Source: Botryllus schlosseri
Lineage: Eukaryota
Direction: 5' to 3'
Assembly (NCBI GenBank): GCA_051294905.1
Contig: CM119374.1
Location: 18,600,001-18,664,000, forward strand
Length of the DNA: 64,000 bases
Shown: positions 36,401 through 51,400 of the stretch, in pieces
Layout of the letters: the number at the start of each line of letters is the position of its first letter
How positions within the stretch are numbered: the stretch's first letter is position 1
Notes under the pieces: model-generated
Databases searched by the model: none
The model's input: the letters and a program-made list of their open reading frames with translations, nothing else
What the model was told of the DNA's origin: nothing
Made by a program: the position numbers and the translations under genes

Positions 36401-39400
36401 GCAGGCGTGACAGTTGATACTCCACCTACAGGCGCCGTGGCTGATCCCCCAACAGGACCAGTCGCTGCTCCTCCAATGATGGGCGTGACAGTTGATACTC
36501 CACCTACAGGCGCCGTGGCTGATCCCCCAACAGGACCAGTCGCTGTCCCTCCAATTGCAGACGTGACAGTTGATACTCCACCTACAGGCGCAGTAGCTGA
36601 TCCCCCAACAGGACCAGTCGCTGTTCCTCCAATGATGGGCGTGACAGTTGATACTCCACCTACAGGCGCAGTGGCTGATCCCCCAACAGGGCCAGTCGCT
36701 GTTCCTCCAATTGCAGACGTGACAGTTGATACTCCACCTACAGGCGCAGTAGCTGATCCCCCAACAGGACCAGTCGCTGTTCCTCCAATGATGGGCGTGA
36801 CAGTTGATACTCCACCTACAGGCGCAGTGGCTGATCCCCCAACAGGACCAGTCGCTGTTCCTCCAATTGCAGACGTGAGAGTTGATACTCCACCTACAGG
36901 CGCAGTAGCTGATCCCCCAACAGGACCAGTCGCTGTTCCTCCAATGATGGGCGTGACAGTTGATACTCCACCTACAGGCGCAGTGGCTGATCCCCCAACA
37001 GGACCAGTCGCTGTCCCTCCAATTGCAGACGTGACAGTTGATACTCCACCTACAGGCGCAGTAGCTGATCCCCCAACAGGACCAGTCGCTGTTCCTCCAA
37101 TGATGGGCGTGACAGTTGACACTCCACCTACAGGCGCAGTGGCTGATCCCCCAACAGGACCAGTCGCTGTTCCTCCAATTGCAGACGTGAGAGTTGATAC
37201 TCCACCTACAGGTGCAGTGGCTGATCCCCCAACAGGAGCAGTCGCTGTTCCTCCAATGATGGGCGTGACAGTTGATACTCCACCTACAGGCGCAGTGGCT
37301 GATTCCCCAACAGGACCAGTCGCTGTTCCTCCAATTGCAGACGTGACAGTTGATACTCCACCTACAGGCGCAGTGGCTGATTCCCCAACAGGACCAGTCG
37401 CTGTTCCTCCAATTGCAGACGTGACAGTTGATACTCCACCTACAGGCGCAGTAGCTGATCCCCCAACAGGACCAGTCGCTGTTCCTCCAATTGCAGACGT
37501 GACAGTTGATACTCCACCTACAGGCGCAGTAGCTGATCCCCCAACAGGACCAGTCGCTGTTCCTCCAATGATGGGCGTGACAGTTGATACTCCACCTACA
37601 GGCGCAGTGGCTGATTCCCCAACAGGGCCAGTCGCTGTTCCTCCAATTGCAGACGTGACAGTTGATACTCCACCTACGGGCGCAGTGGCTGATTCCCCAA
37701 CAGTGCCAGTCGCTGTTCCTCCAATTGCAGACGTGACAGTTGATACTCCACCTACAGGCGCAGTGGCTGATTCCCAAACAGGACCAGTCGCTGTTCCTCC
37801 AATTGCAGACGTGACAGTTGATACTCCACCTACGGGCGCAGTGGCTGATTCCCCAACAGTGCCAGTCGCTGTTCCTCCAATTGCAGACGTGACAGTTGAT
37901 ACTCCACCTACAGGCGCAGTGGCTGATCCCCCAACAGGACCAGTCGCTGTTCCTCCAATGATGGGCGTGACAGTTGATACTCCACCTACAGGTGCCGTGG
38001 CTGATCCCCCAACAGGACCAGTCGCTGTTCCTCCAATGATGGGCGTGACAGTTGATACTCCTCCTACAGGCGCCGTGGCTGATCCCCCAACAGGACCAGT
38101 CGCTGTTCCTCCAATGATGGGCGTGACAGTTGATACTCCACCTACAGGTGCCGTGGCTGATCCCCCAACAGGACCAGTCGCTGTTCCTCCAATGATGGGC
38201 GTGACAGTTGATACTCCTCCTACAGGCGCCGTGGCTGATCCCCCAACAGGACCAGTCGCTGTTCCTTCAATGATGGGCGTGACAGTTGATACTCCACCTA
38301 CAGGCGCCGTGGCTGATCCCCCAACAGGACCAGTCGCTGTTCCTCCAATGATGGGCGTGACAGTTGATACTCTACCTACAGGCGCCGTGGCTGATCCCCC
38401 AACAGGACCAGTCGCTGTTCCTCCAATTGCAGACGTGACAGTTGATACTCCACCTACAGGCGCAGTAGCTGAACCCCCAACAGAACCAGTCGCTGTTCCT
38501 CCAATAATGGACGTGACAGTTGATGCTCCACCTACAGGCGCAGTGGCTGATCCCCCAACAGGACCAGTCGCTGTTCCTCCAATTGCAGACGTGACAGTTG
38601 ATACTCCACCTACAGGCGCAGTAGCTGATCCCCTAACAGGACCAGTCGCTGTTCCTCCAATGATGGGCGTGACAGTTGATACTCCACCTACAGGCGCAGT
38701 GGCTGATCCCCCAACAGGACCAGTCGCTGTTCCTCCAATTGCAGACGTGACAGTTGATACTCCAGCTACAGGCGCAGTAGCTGATCCCCCAACAGGACCA
38801 GTCGCTGTTCCTCCAATGAAGGGGGTGACAGTTGATACTCCACCTACAGGCGCAGTGGCTGATCCCCCAACAGGACCAGTCGCTGTTCCTCCAATTGCAG
38901 ACGTGACAGTTGATACTCCACCTACAGGCGCAGTAGCTGATCCCCCAACAGGACCAGTCGCTGTTCCTCCAATGATGGGCGTGACAGTTGATACTCCACC
39001 TACAGGCGCCGTGGCTGATCCCCCAACAGGACCAGTCGCTGTTTCTTCAATGATGGGCGTCACAGTTGATACTCCACCTACGGGCGCCGTGGCTGATCCC
39101 CCAACAGGACCAGTCGCTGTTCCTCCAATTGCAGACGTGACAGTTGATACTCCACCTACAGGCGCCGTGGCTGATCCCCCAACAGGACCAGTCGCTGATC
39201 CTCCAATTGCAGACGTGACAGTTGATACTCCACCTACAGGCGCCGTGGCTGATCCCCCAACAGGACCAGTCGCTGTTCCTCCAATGATGGGCGCGACAGT
39301 TGATACTTCACCTACAGGCGCCGTGGCTGATCCCCCAACAGGACCAGTCGCTGTTCCTTCAATGATGGGCGTGACAGTTGATACTCCACCTACAGGCGCC

Positions 39401-42400
39401 GTGGCTGATCCCCCAACAGGACCAGTCGCTGTTCCTCCGATTGCAGACGTGACAGTTGATACTCCACCTACAGGCGCAGTAGGTGAACCCCCAACAGGAC
39501 CAGTCGCTGTTCCTCCAATAATGAGCGTGACAGTTGATGCTCCACCTACAGGCGCAGTGGCTGATCCCCCAACAGGACCAGTCGCTGTTCCGCCAATTGC
39601 AGACGTGACAGTTGATACTCCACCTACAGGCGCAGTAGCTGATCCCCCAACAGGACCCGTCGCTGGTCCTCCAATGATGGGCGTGACAGTTGATACTCCA
39701 CCTACAGGCGCAGTGGCTGATCCCCCAACAGGACCAGTCGCTGTTCCTCCAATTGCAGACGTGACAGTTGATACTCCACCTACAGGTGCAGTGGCTGATC
39801 CCCCAACAGGAGCAGTCGCTGTTCCTCCAATGATGGGCGTGACAGTTGATACGCCACCTACAGGCGCAGTGGCTGATTCCCCAACAGGACCAGTGGCTGA
39901 TCCTCCAATTGCAGACGTGACAGTTGATACTCCAACTACAGACGTGACAGTTGATACTCCACCTACAGGCGCAGTGGCTGATCCCCCAACAGGACCAGTG
40001 GCTGATCCTCCAATTGCAGACGTGACGGTTGATACTCCACCTACAGGAGCCGTGGCTGATCCCCAAACAGGACCAGTCGCTGTTCCTCCAATGATGGGCT
40101 TGACAGTTGATACTCCACCTACAGGCGCCGTGGCTGATCCCCCAACAGGACCAGTCGCTGTTCCTCCAATGATGGGCGTGACAGTTGATACTCCACCTAC
40201 AGGCGCCGTGGCTGATCCCCCAACAGGACCAGTCGCTGTTCCTTCAATGATGGGCGTGACAGTTGATACTCCACCTACAGGCGCCGTGGCTGATCCCCCA
40301 ACAGGACCAGTCGCTGTTCCTCCAATGAAGGGCGTGACAGTTGATACTCCACCTACAGGCGCAGTGGCTGATCCCCCTACAGGACCAGTCGCTGTTCCTC
40401 CAATTGCAGACGTGACAGTTGATACTCCACCTACAGGCGCAGTAGCTGATCCCCCAACAGCACCAGTCGCTGTTCCTCCAATGATGGGCCTGACAGTTGA
40501 TACTCCACCTACAGGAGCCGTGGCTGATCCCCCAACAGGACCAGTCGCTGTTCCTTCAATGATGGGCGTGACAGTTGATACTCCACCTACAGGAGCCGTG
40601 GCTGATCCCCCAACAGGACCAGTCGCTGCTCCCCCAATGATGGGCGTGACAGTTGATACTCCACCTACAGGCGCCGTGGCTGATCCCCCAACAGGACCAG
40701 TCGTTGTTCCTCCAATTGCAGACGTGACAGTTGATACTCCACCTACAGGCGCAGTAGCTGATCCCCCAACAGGACCAGTCGCTGTTCCTCCAATGATGGG
40801 CCTGACAGTTGATACTCCACCTACAGGAGCCGTGGCTGATCCCCCAACAGGACCAGTCGCTGTTCCTTCAATGATGGGCGTGACAGTTGATACTCCACCT
40901 ACAGGAGCCGTGGCTGATCCCCCAACAGGACCAGTCGCTGTTCCCCCAATGATGGGCGTGACAGTTGATACTCCACCTACAGGCGCCGTGGCTGATCCCC
41001 CAACAGGACCAGTCGCTGTTCCTCCAATTGCAGACGTGACAGTTGATACTCCACCTACAGGCGCCGTGGCTGATCCCCCAACAGGACCAGTCGCTGTTCC
41101 TCCAATGATGGGCGCGACAGTTGATACTTCACCTACAGGCGCCGTGGCTGATCCCCCAACAGGACCAGTCGCTGTTCCTTCAATGAAGGGCGTGACAGTT
41201 GATACTCCTCCTACAGGCGCAGTGGCTGATCCCCCAACAGGACCAGTCGCTGTTCCTCCAATTGCAGACGTGACAGTTGATACTCCACCTACAGGCGCAG
41301 TAGTTGATCCCCCAACAGGACCAGTCGCTGTTCCTCCAATAATGGGCGTGAGAGTTGATGCTCCACCTACAGGCGCAGTGGCTGATCCCCCAACAGGACC
41401 AGTCGCTGTTCCTCCAATGATGGGCGTGACAGTTGATACTCCACCTACAGGCGCCGTGGCTGATCCCCCAACAGGACCAGTCGCTGTTCCTTCAATGATG
41501 GGCGTGACAGTTGATACTCCACCTACAGGCGCCGTGGCTGATCCCCCAACAGGACCAGTCGCTGTTCCTCCAATGATGGGCGTGACAGTTGATACTCCAC
41601 CTACAGGCGCCGTGGCTGATTCCCCAACAGGACCAGTCGCTGTTCCTCCAATTGCAGACGTGACAGTTGATACTCCACCTACAGGCGCCGTGGCTGATCC
41701 CCCAACAGGACCAGTCGCTGTTCCTCCAATGATGGGCGCGACAGTTGATACTTCACCTACAGGCGCCGTGGCTGATCCCCCAACAGGACCAGTCGCTGTT
41801 CCTTCAATGAAGGGCGTGACTGTTGATACTCCACCTAGAGGCGCCGTGGCTGATCCCCCAACAGGACCAGTCGCTGTTCTTCCAATGACGGGCGTGACAG
41901 TTGATACTCCACCTACTGGCGCAGTAGCTGATTCCCCAACAGGACCAGTCGCTGTTCCTCCAATGATGGGCGTGACAGTTGATACTCCACCTACAGGCGC
42001 AGTAGCTGATCCCCCAACAGGACCAGTCGCTGTTCCTCCAGTGATGGGCGTGACAGTTGATACTCCACCTACAGGCGCAGTGGCTGATCCCCCAACAGGA
42101 CCAGTGGCTGATCCTCCAATTGCAGACGTGACAGTTGATACTCCCCCTACAGGCGCCGTGGCTGATCCTCCGATTGCAGGCGTGACAGTTGATACGCTAC
42201 CTACGGGTGCAGTGGCTGATCCTCCAAGTCCTGGTGTGACAGTTAATTCTCTACTTATAAATGGAATCGTTGATCCTCCAGCAATACCTACAAGGGGTGT
42301 TGAAGTAGGTCCTGTATATTCAATCAATTCGGCTTGAGCATCCCCTTCTCCCGGATTTACTATTCCGCCCCCGAGAATTCCTGTGACTGTTGATATTCCA

Positions 42401-45400
42401 GCTGCAGGCGTAGTTGAGGTTACTTCAGATGTCATCGCAACAGACACTCCTACCGTCGATGTTCCCACTTCAGTCGTCATTACAGTAGATGCTGTAAATT
42501 GATGCACTCGGATTATTTCGTATTGTAGTTAGTATCATATAATGCCAGTATTAATATCTATACTTCGATTAGGGGAGATAGGGTAGTGGCGGCCTGAGTT
42601 TGATTCCGCGTTGGACGTTACTCTGGGCTCTCTTTCCCGTGTCGCTGTTTTTATGGCGATGAAAGAGCGTTCTCACAAAGAATGGCAAGAGCAAGAAAGA
42701 GCCACGCAATAGAGACTACCATCGAAAAAGGAACTGTTACATCGGGCACTAGGCCGAGGTGAATGCCAGCATAAGAGACCGCAACTGCAACCACAGCTGG
42801 TCGTTTGGCATACTCTTATATGTTGATTACATCGCAGTGTGTCTCATCTCATTGTAGGCTACATTGTGCGTGTCTTGTTCAGATGAAAATATAATCTGAC
42901 GAATATTGAATATACAATACTAGTTGAATATTTATCATTTATGAGAAGCATTTGTACCTCTATTGTAGGCCAGTGTGGTAGTCAATTCAACATGTGTTGT
43001 CACTGGCGCTGTAGTTATTTCCGGACACCCGCAATCTTCTTCATATACACACTTTTGCCAATCACGTCGAAATTTCTGTCCGTATGGACATCTGCAACGC
43101 GTTTACTATCATGAACGACACATAGTAATATTTGTCAGTTCTGAAATAGCGATCTAAGGTACAATAGCGGTACTTACTGCGGGTAACAACCTTCGTAGCA
43201 ACCAATGCAATCCGTGAAGCAGCAAAGTTTTTCGCAATTTGAACTGCAAGGTTCATACTTGTAGTATCCTGGCCCGTACACTTCGCACATAACAGCTGCG
43301 AAACATTGAGTTTATTAAAAGCATCTGATAATTATATCACATAAGGTCATGCTGATACGTCAATTTATGCCGATAAAGCCTAGATTTTCTGTCTTTGCCC
43401 TGCCCAATTCCGATGATTTCAAATGCTCGTGGACACGCGAGTATGTAATATTTGAGCATGTGGGTTAAGATTAGATTTAGCTTATTAAGCTTTTAGCACT
43501 TGATCGGTGATCGCTTCATCATTAGAAATTGTAGGGTTATTCTTTGAGAATAGTACAAAATGATGAATGACATTACATACAGATGAAGTTTTCGAAAATA
43601 TCTCAAGTGATATCTCAAGTATAGGTACTATTTCGCCCAGTTTTTATGACAATTTCACTCTTAAAAGTGATACAAACATATCCCAAACTACTTTCTAATG
43701 TACAAAATCGAAAGTATAAAGTATGAGTAAAAGTTGCCGAAAAACCGTTGAGTAGGAGTAGAAGTAGGCTAAAAACATACCCACTTGAATAAGTAACCTA
43801 AGTCGGCAAAACATATCAGAGTACTCCGAAAAAGTTGAAGCACTTCGTCTCTGACCACTGTGGGGTTCGGTTGGGCTAGGCCCTCAAGTTTTTTTATCCT
43901 GACAACCGCAGCAATGTTTTAAAAGAAGGCCTTTTAAAAAAAGTTGTAAAATTATGCCATAATTGTGTAAATACCTTCCGAAACACATGCTACGGACAAT
44001 GTATACTATATGCGATAGTTGAAGCCCTCAAAATGGTCGGTTCAACAGCTATAGCACGTAGATGTTTCATCAAAGGAGCTATAATTAGTCTATATTTTCA
44101 ATTGTCAGTGCCAATCCACTATGCCGTCACAATTGAATATTCACGACGTCATGGCTAAAAAAACAAACAATAAAAAACATGTTTTAAACGAGGGCCTTGT
44201 TTTAAATATGTCTGTTCTGCATTGATTTTTGTTTTAAATGCAACCCTAGTCAAAAGTATACAATCAACTCTATTTTTTGAAACTCGGTATCTATCTAATT
44301 ACGCCCCAAGCAGTTTCGAGATGTCTCGGAAATTGCGACTCGTACTTGAGTGGAAATTTATGCCGTTGCTTTACTTCTACATGAGTAGCAACACTTATTT
44401 CGCTGACTAATACCCATCTGGTTACGTCGACAAAACAACTACTTACGGCAAACTTGACCATTCCTCCAATTGATGAACACCCCGCCATCACCGCAAGCTT
44501 GTGCATACGTTGCGACCGCAGTGCAATAACACTCGCAATCACCCCCACTTTCGCATGAGCACGTCTCCTTTTTGCAGTATTCATAGTAGGGCTTGTATTG
44601 CACCTATTTTGAAGAACATCAATTTTTTTTTGGTCTTGCCAGGTTTCTGAAAATTATTCATGTCTTTCATAGGGCAACGCAAGGTCAAAAGGCCTGGTGC
44701 CACTGCAGTATGCAGTACTCATGCTTAAGCAGTCTTGTTGTGTAATGACCACATTGAACAGCAATTGTCCGTAGTGCGCTGACGGGTAATAGTGCGCACA
44801 AATATTGTTTTTCAAGTGTTTAGTGTTCAGTCGGCTCGCAGAGTACCGTAAAATGATATTCTGAGCCATCAGCTTCCGGAAATGACTCAATTATATGAGA
44901 TCGTTTAGTGTGGAAGTAAAAAAAGCTTGGATTCGGAATGCAAATTTTCGAAACATGATAATAATCAAGTACAATATAAATTGCTTGAAATGTTTTAAGT
45001 TTCAAATACTCCACCGTTTCCTGCGCTGAATTCTTGAAATCTCTTTCTCAGTAGTTGAAATAGCATTGCGTTTTTTGACATTTGATTAGTATGAAGTAGG
45101 CTTTCAGGTGATGGCAGCAACCAAAAAAAAACAAAGGGACTTGGACATATACAAGACATTCCACTCCGACAGATTTGAACAAACTACTCAATTTTCAAAA
45201 CTCACAACTAGAACTAGAATTAGAATCAACAACCTTTAAAAATTTGCAACTAAACACAACTAACTAGGATCAATTCCGAAGCAACCATTAATTTTATATA
45301 TAATAATAAAAAATACTAACTAATTTAAATAATAATGGCATAAAATCGTACCACGTTGTGGCACGCCTTGAATATAGGCGATACGATGATATCACAACTT

Positions 45401-48400
45401 TCCGCTGCCCGGGTCGCCCTTGTAGGAAATTCTTTGCAAGCATCGATCGGATGAGACTCGTTCCGAATCGGGCAATTATGATTGGTCCTCCAGTTTGCGA
45501 AGTTATCGTACGATATCGCCGTCAGTACGTTGGGGTGAAAATCATTGTTCTTATTGTCATCGTAGTTCCCACACAGGCCGCACACTTTCGACTGCAAAGC
45601 AATGGTAAAATTCGGTCGCTATTGCGATTCCACGGACGCACAATCGCCACATGACATGATGTATTACCAGACTGAAATCACACAAGAACAGGTCAATCCC
45701 AAGACAGACAGGCGATTATTTCCAAATCATTAGAAATAATTCAGTGAAATGGTGACCAGCGATACGACAATTAGGATATCAAGTTATCTGGTCACCTTAT
45801 GTTAGGGGGGCAAGGGCAACTTCTCCGGTCAGCGAGCCTGATATGGGAAAATGGAGTACTTGGCGGGCCGGATTACAGAATCAGTACATTAATCACTTAT
45901 TGATCCATGCATACAAGGAATAAATTGTATTAAAGCATAGAGACCAAAATCAGTATCTAGTGTAGGCTACTTCAATCGTTGTCATGTCAGACATCTGTGG
46001 TCGATCATAGTTGTCAACAAATTGTTTGAACTTTGGCTGTGCAGTTGACTGCGTTCCTCTACTGTTGCAGCTGCATGATGTAGAAACCCTTAGTAAAGAC
46101 TGTACGCGAATATCAGTTATATTGAGAAACAGCCTTGTCTCATGTTCATGTCTGAAAATGTTTGCTTGCATATGTATGTAGACCCGAACCGATCAAGTAT
46201 AGTTTCGTGACAATGTTACTCAGGTTGCCAAGCTTGGATTCATTCTGTGACGCGTAAAATTGTCAATACTTTCAAATTAGAATTTCACTTTCAGGGTGGA
46301 AACTCTCTGCGGGACTGTTTAAAATCCCGTCGCGGGCCGGATCCGGTGCGCGGGATGTATATTGCCCATCCCCACCTTATATGATCATATATAGGCCTAT
46401 ATGTAATACTATTTATAGTTACAACATATTTGAATGTCATATGCAAACATTACATATACATATCCCACATATGTATATTGTACATATATGATTCAGCGTA
46501 TCACTGCAGTCAATCAAACTATATGGAATAGATGAGTAACGAAACAAATGGTACCAATGGTATGCATAAGAAGAATACATACATAATGGGTTTGCATATT
46601 TTGCGAAAACCTATTCAAACAAACAACTTGCATCGATGTCAATTCACAATATGCATACAGAAAGTCTTATTGAAAGTATAAAGTTTTATGAAGAAACTTT
46701 TGAATACCTAATAACCACAGGTAATTCAACAGTTTCTCAGCAATGTTCGCTATCGATATGGATCTCTTTATTTATGATGCCGCAATGGCATATGCAATAT
46801 GCATCTCTATTTCTTACACCTGTCATCAGCTGTGATAGCGGTCCCTTATGATAAATAAATAGGGCCAAACAGAAACAAGGGCAGCTGGCAGCCAGCAACA
46901 TGTACTCATGGACGTTCGTGAGCACCAAGTGACAAGAACTTCCACCCGTTTCGAGGACTTGAGTTGAGAGCAACGACCTATACACGACACAAAATATGAC
47001 AAGAACAACAGTCAAAAATATGCTTACCTTGTAGTCTTTTGACAATTTCACAGTGATCCGAAATCCTTCCGCGACAGCAACAATGATTCCAGACGTACTT
47101 CGAATAACTGTATACAGCCCAGATCTGTCGATGGCATGTTCTACAGCCGACGCAGGGTCAGGTCTAAATTCGTCGCTTTGAAGTATCCCGTTTTCAAATA
47201 CGTACTCCATATGCTGTAGGATTTGAATGCTAAATTTAACTGCGACAAATGTAATATTGAAGTTTCTGTGAGACGAAGCTTCCAAAATCACATGTTAAAG
47301 ACCACTAACTGAATTGGGATTGTTTTATTCAAGAAATCCGACTTTGCTGTTTGCAATAGCATCTATTATACTGCCTGGTGTCGATTAATCGCACTGACGG
47401 AGTTGAACTTTTTAAATGTCTCCGTAGTTTTCACACAATTTGTCCGAAACGAGTTGTAAGCATTATGACGTACGCTCAAGTACACCATTAACTGTCTGTT
47501 ACGACACCATGCAGAAAATACGTTCAAAACTTCTAAACGAAAACAATTATAATTCAATGTTTTATTTCTCTAATTATTGCACAAGCCTCCAAGCTCCAAC
47601 CTCGTGCATTTTGGATTTGAGGTATACAATTCTAATATTTGGCGGACCGGCAGGAAACTTGCCACGGACGGACTGACGCGGTTGAGAACCACCGCATTAA
47701 AAAGCACGAATCATGACCATGGTCCACTTGACATCATATTCTTCAACAGCTTGAAACATTATTATTCCTAACTTTAAAATTTGAATACTGGAAGCATTGT
47801 CGATATATATGCCAATCATGGAACTCAATGAAATGATGTGCTGAAGTCATGCGCAAGTCTTATATGCAGAAAGTGCTGGCCACACTAACGGAGAAAATGT
47901 TCTAGTCCCTCATTTCAATGCAAAGCTCATCGTCAGGTCGAGTAATACTACTACCAGTAGCCTTGAAGTAGATTCAAAAAATTGAATATCACCCACATCA
48001 ATTCGAACATTGACCATGATTTTGCAGACGCTGAACGCCTTGTCCGTGTCAGTTGTCTTGCATGCATAGTTGGTGAAGGTCACTCTGAGATTATTCGGCC
48101 CACCACAGTCGTCATGTACCAATAACAATTCGCAGTTGGTCAGGATAGAATCATATATTTTCTGGTCAAAAGTCATAACGGTGGTGCCCCCGCTCATTAT
48201 GCATGACTTGAAGCAGCTCTCCATGTTCGTGCAGGTCCACCTTCCTTCCGCACATGTACTGAATAGGGCGCAGAAGCGGTCAAAGGGGCCAGCGTTGCTA
48301 CTCAGTTAGCAAGAGTTACACCGACAATATCTACTCAATTACAAGTAGAAATAGGAATTCCCAAATATGTGAAAGTAATTTTTGGCAAATGTATAAATCA

Positions 48401-51400
48401 TCTGGCAGTCAGTAATAGGCCACTAGGAAAATCATTTTCCCTAGTAGTGCAAGTAGCCTAATACTGCAAGGTTGATTACCTTCAAAAAGTGGAACTACCT
48501 TGTCATAAACCTTTACGACTACCGCGCTACATCACTTCCGCATTTTGCTAAAGCCAAAGGACTCACCATTCCATGCAGCCTTGCGTGGTGACTTCACCGC
48601 TTCGATAAAACACATTTTGATACTCGCACATGCAGTCTTTCTGTTCGATACACTTGTCATAAAATCTCAATAAACCATACGGGCAGACGCATCCTAGAAA
48701 ATAAATAAAGTGGAAATTGTTTTAAAGCAGCGTTGATCCTATGTGTGAGTTTTATCAGTTTGAGCACATACCAAGTTAAGTGAACTATAGGATCATCAGC
48801 ATAACTAGAAAAATATTGATGTGTCGGATTGTCGATATATCGACTTGAGGATATCAGATTTTGAAACAATATCAATATCTCATGCATATAGCCTAGGGCA
48901 CGCGATCAGTAACCTTGTTTCTTGTTTTACCCTACGATGAAGATAGGGTTTTCCCATGAGTTGGGTTGACACAGCGTACCGGGGATGAGCATCATGATTT
49001 GGCCAAATTTTGGCTGTGTTCTTGGGGTCAGCCTGAAGGAATCGAATTGCAACATTTGGTCCGTGAGACTAGTGACGTAACCTCTCAAGATCATAGTTGT
49101 ATTTAAAAACACGCATAGCTGATGTGCTTTACTAATGAAACTGGAAGTTTAGATACTGTTGGGCAAATTTTCCCATGCAGGTTTAAACTATCAGAGTAAG
49201 TCTAAGGAATGCGCACTAGAGAGTGATTGCTAGCTCGGTCGATACTCATACATACAGTCTAATGAATTTGAAGATATCTATGCCTGTCATATTTTTCCTA
49301 CATTTTTCTGATGCAGCAACAGCTGATTATTAATTCGTATCAAAACACATAACATGAAACGGTGTGATACAAGCATTTTAAGTTACATCAGGGGCGGCCA
49401 ACCCGTGGCCCGCAAGAAGGTTTTGTGTGGCCTGCGAGTTAATTCTTAAAATTAGTTATAAAATGAGGTAAAACTGCAAGGCCAACCAAAATTCGATTAA
49501 CCGGACCGCCCAATTTGATGATGACTAAGACATCAGTTCCGGCGCATTGGCGTAAGCAGGGGTCAGCCACATTTTTCGCAAATCTTCGTATATGACCATA
49601 AAGTAGAATATTTCGTAGCAGCTTTATTTGACTTGAAATTTTGCTTAGCATTGCGCATAATTTATTGTCACCTGATTTCTTGCAGTTAGTATTGGAGCCC
49701 TCTCCTGAAAATTATAAATACGCGTAATTTACAGAATTGAGTCTAACTATATTCGCAATTAGGAGGTAACGTGTCATCCAACATATGACTTTGTTTGAGC
49801 GCTCGCAGCGAGATCGTCGGCGGTGAACGTTTGTGCAAAATGATTGAGGCATGTTCAGTTCACCGACATCTTCGATATTGCTATATTTAAACGCCGAATA
49901 ATCCTGTCCTTGCCAAATGAGCCCAGTGGTCAGTGGTGGATTTTGGGGTGGGCAAGGTGGGCGGTCGCCCGGGGCCCCCCTGGTTGAAGCCCCCCCCCCC
50001 CCCCCCCGTATTTGAATTATGCGTCTTTTTCAAGGATAATAACGAATAAACATGGAAATCCGTGTAACAAGCAAGAATATGATTCCATACAGATGTGTCA
50101 ATCATCATCAAATCTCTGCATTTGACAGAAAAGTCCCGTATCTCGATAATCATCTCATCTGTGCATGCGGTAGAATTACTTAGCCTTGATGTAGTCTTTC
50201 CTTGCACACAAGCAATAATAGACATGGCCGAATCCATACCTGGCCAAACCTTGGCGTGGTGAAAGATAGATAATAATAACAGATGCGAAAGGGGGGTCTG
50301 GGGGGTCTGCGGTTAGATACTTATAGGGCCCCTCCGGTAAGTCTCGTCCAGCCGCCCCCCCCCCCGTTCGTAGGGCAACCACTGCTGTGGTATACAGAGG
50401 GGACTCCCAATATCTTCAAGTAAACTATTTATTGATGAAATTCATTCATTACCTTTGTGAAAAATTTGCGCTTCACGCGACCTGGACATGATTCTTTACT
50501 GAAATGTTGCACACAGAGTTTTCATGACATAATTGTTATCAATTTTAAAGCGTAGTAATATAAGTCTTGTTTTCAACGTTACCTAATTTGATTCGCTCCT
50601 ATCGACGACTAAAAAAAGTCATCAACATTCATGTGACCCGCGCAATGGTTCGCAAATCTCATGTGGCCCTTGGCCGAAAAGGTTAGCCACGCCTGCGTTA
50701 CATGGTGCAGGTGAAATAAATGGAGGTTGACAGTCGTCACTGGTCAGTAATAATGTATTCAAGTCATTTTTTCTACTTTTATCAGTTATTCATCTGAGAT
50801 TACTTCGATTTCAATTCAACATTTTCGGAAGCAAACCTATTTGGAATTATTTGCATTGCTTTCATTGGTTGATCAGTTAAGTTTTCATGACGACTGGCAA
50901 TATACACACGGCATGACGGCAACCAATTGTTATTTCAAATCTTGCAAATCTTTCAATTTTACTACGCCTAGTCTTCTTATACTTCAAGTTAAATACTTCA
51001 ATGTTACACGTACATTTTTCTTTCTACTACTTGAAGTCATCTTGACACTAAACCAATACTTCTACTTGCATTCCTTCACTTGTACTTGGGTGTAATCATG
51101 ACTGCCGACTCTGGCTCTGAGAGGCCAATTTTAGCGTAGCGCTCCGACTCCAACCTCCAGCGTAGCGGTTGACTTACCAGGCAGACATATTTCATGTAGG
51201 CATGTGGTATTTCTGCGATGATTTTCGCAAGTGGCGGCACATTCAATTCCAGTCCCTGATGTGCAATCTTTATAAGTCATCAATGCGTCTGGACATGTCG
51301 TACTGGACTCTGTAACAAGATACACTCCGCTCTCTAAAGGTTGCAGATTACAAGGTAAGTTACCAGTGATCCTCATTTTTAAATGCGAATTGAGATGCGG

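Noticed and set aside
36056-40066. Cys/Trp/His-rich ORFs in a shifted - strand frame (36056-37777, 39359-40066)
   Set aside because: Alternative frame of the same 78-bp repeat, broken by stops where unit variants occur. No splice or start evidence; relevant only if a frameshift allele existed.
36026-42337. 2103-aa + strand ORF (PPTGAVADPPTGPVAVPP repeats)
   Set aside because: Antisense shadow of the mucin repeat exon. The unit lacks stops in that frame, the ORF has no unique flanks, and the - strand frame is the one spliced to D3 and CTCK exons.
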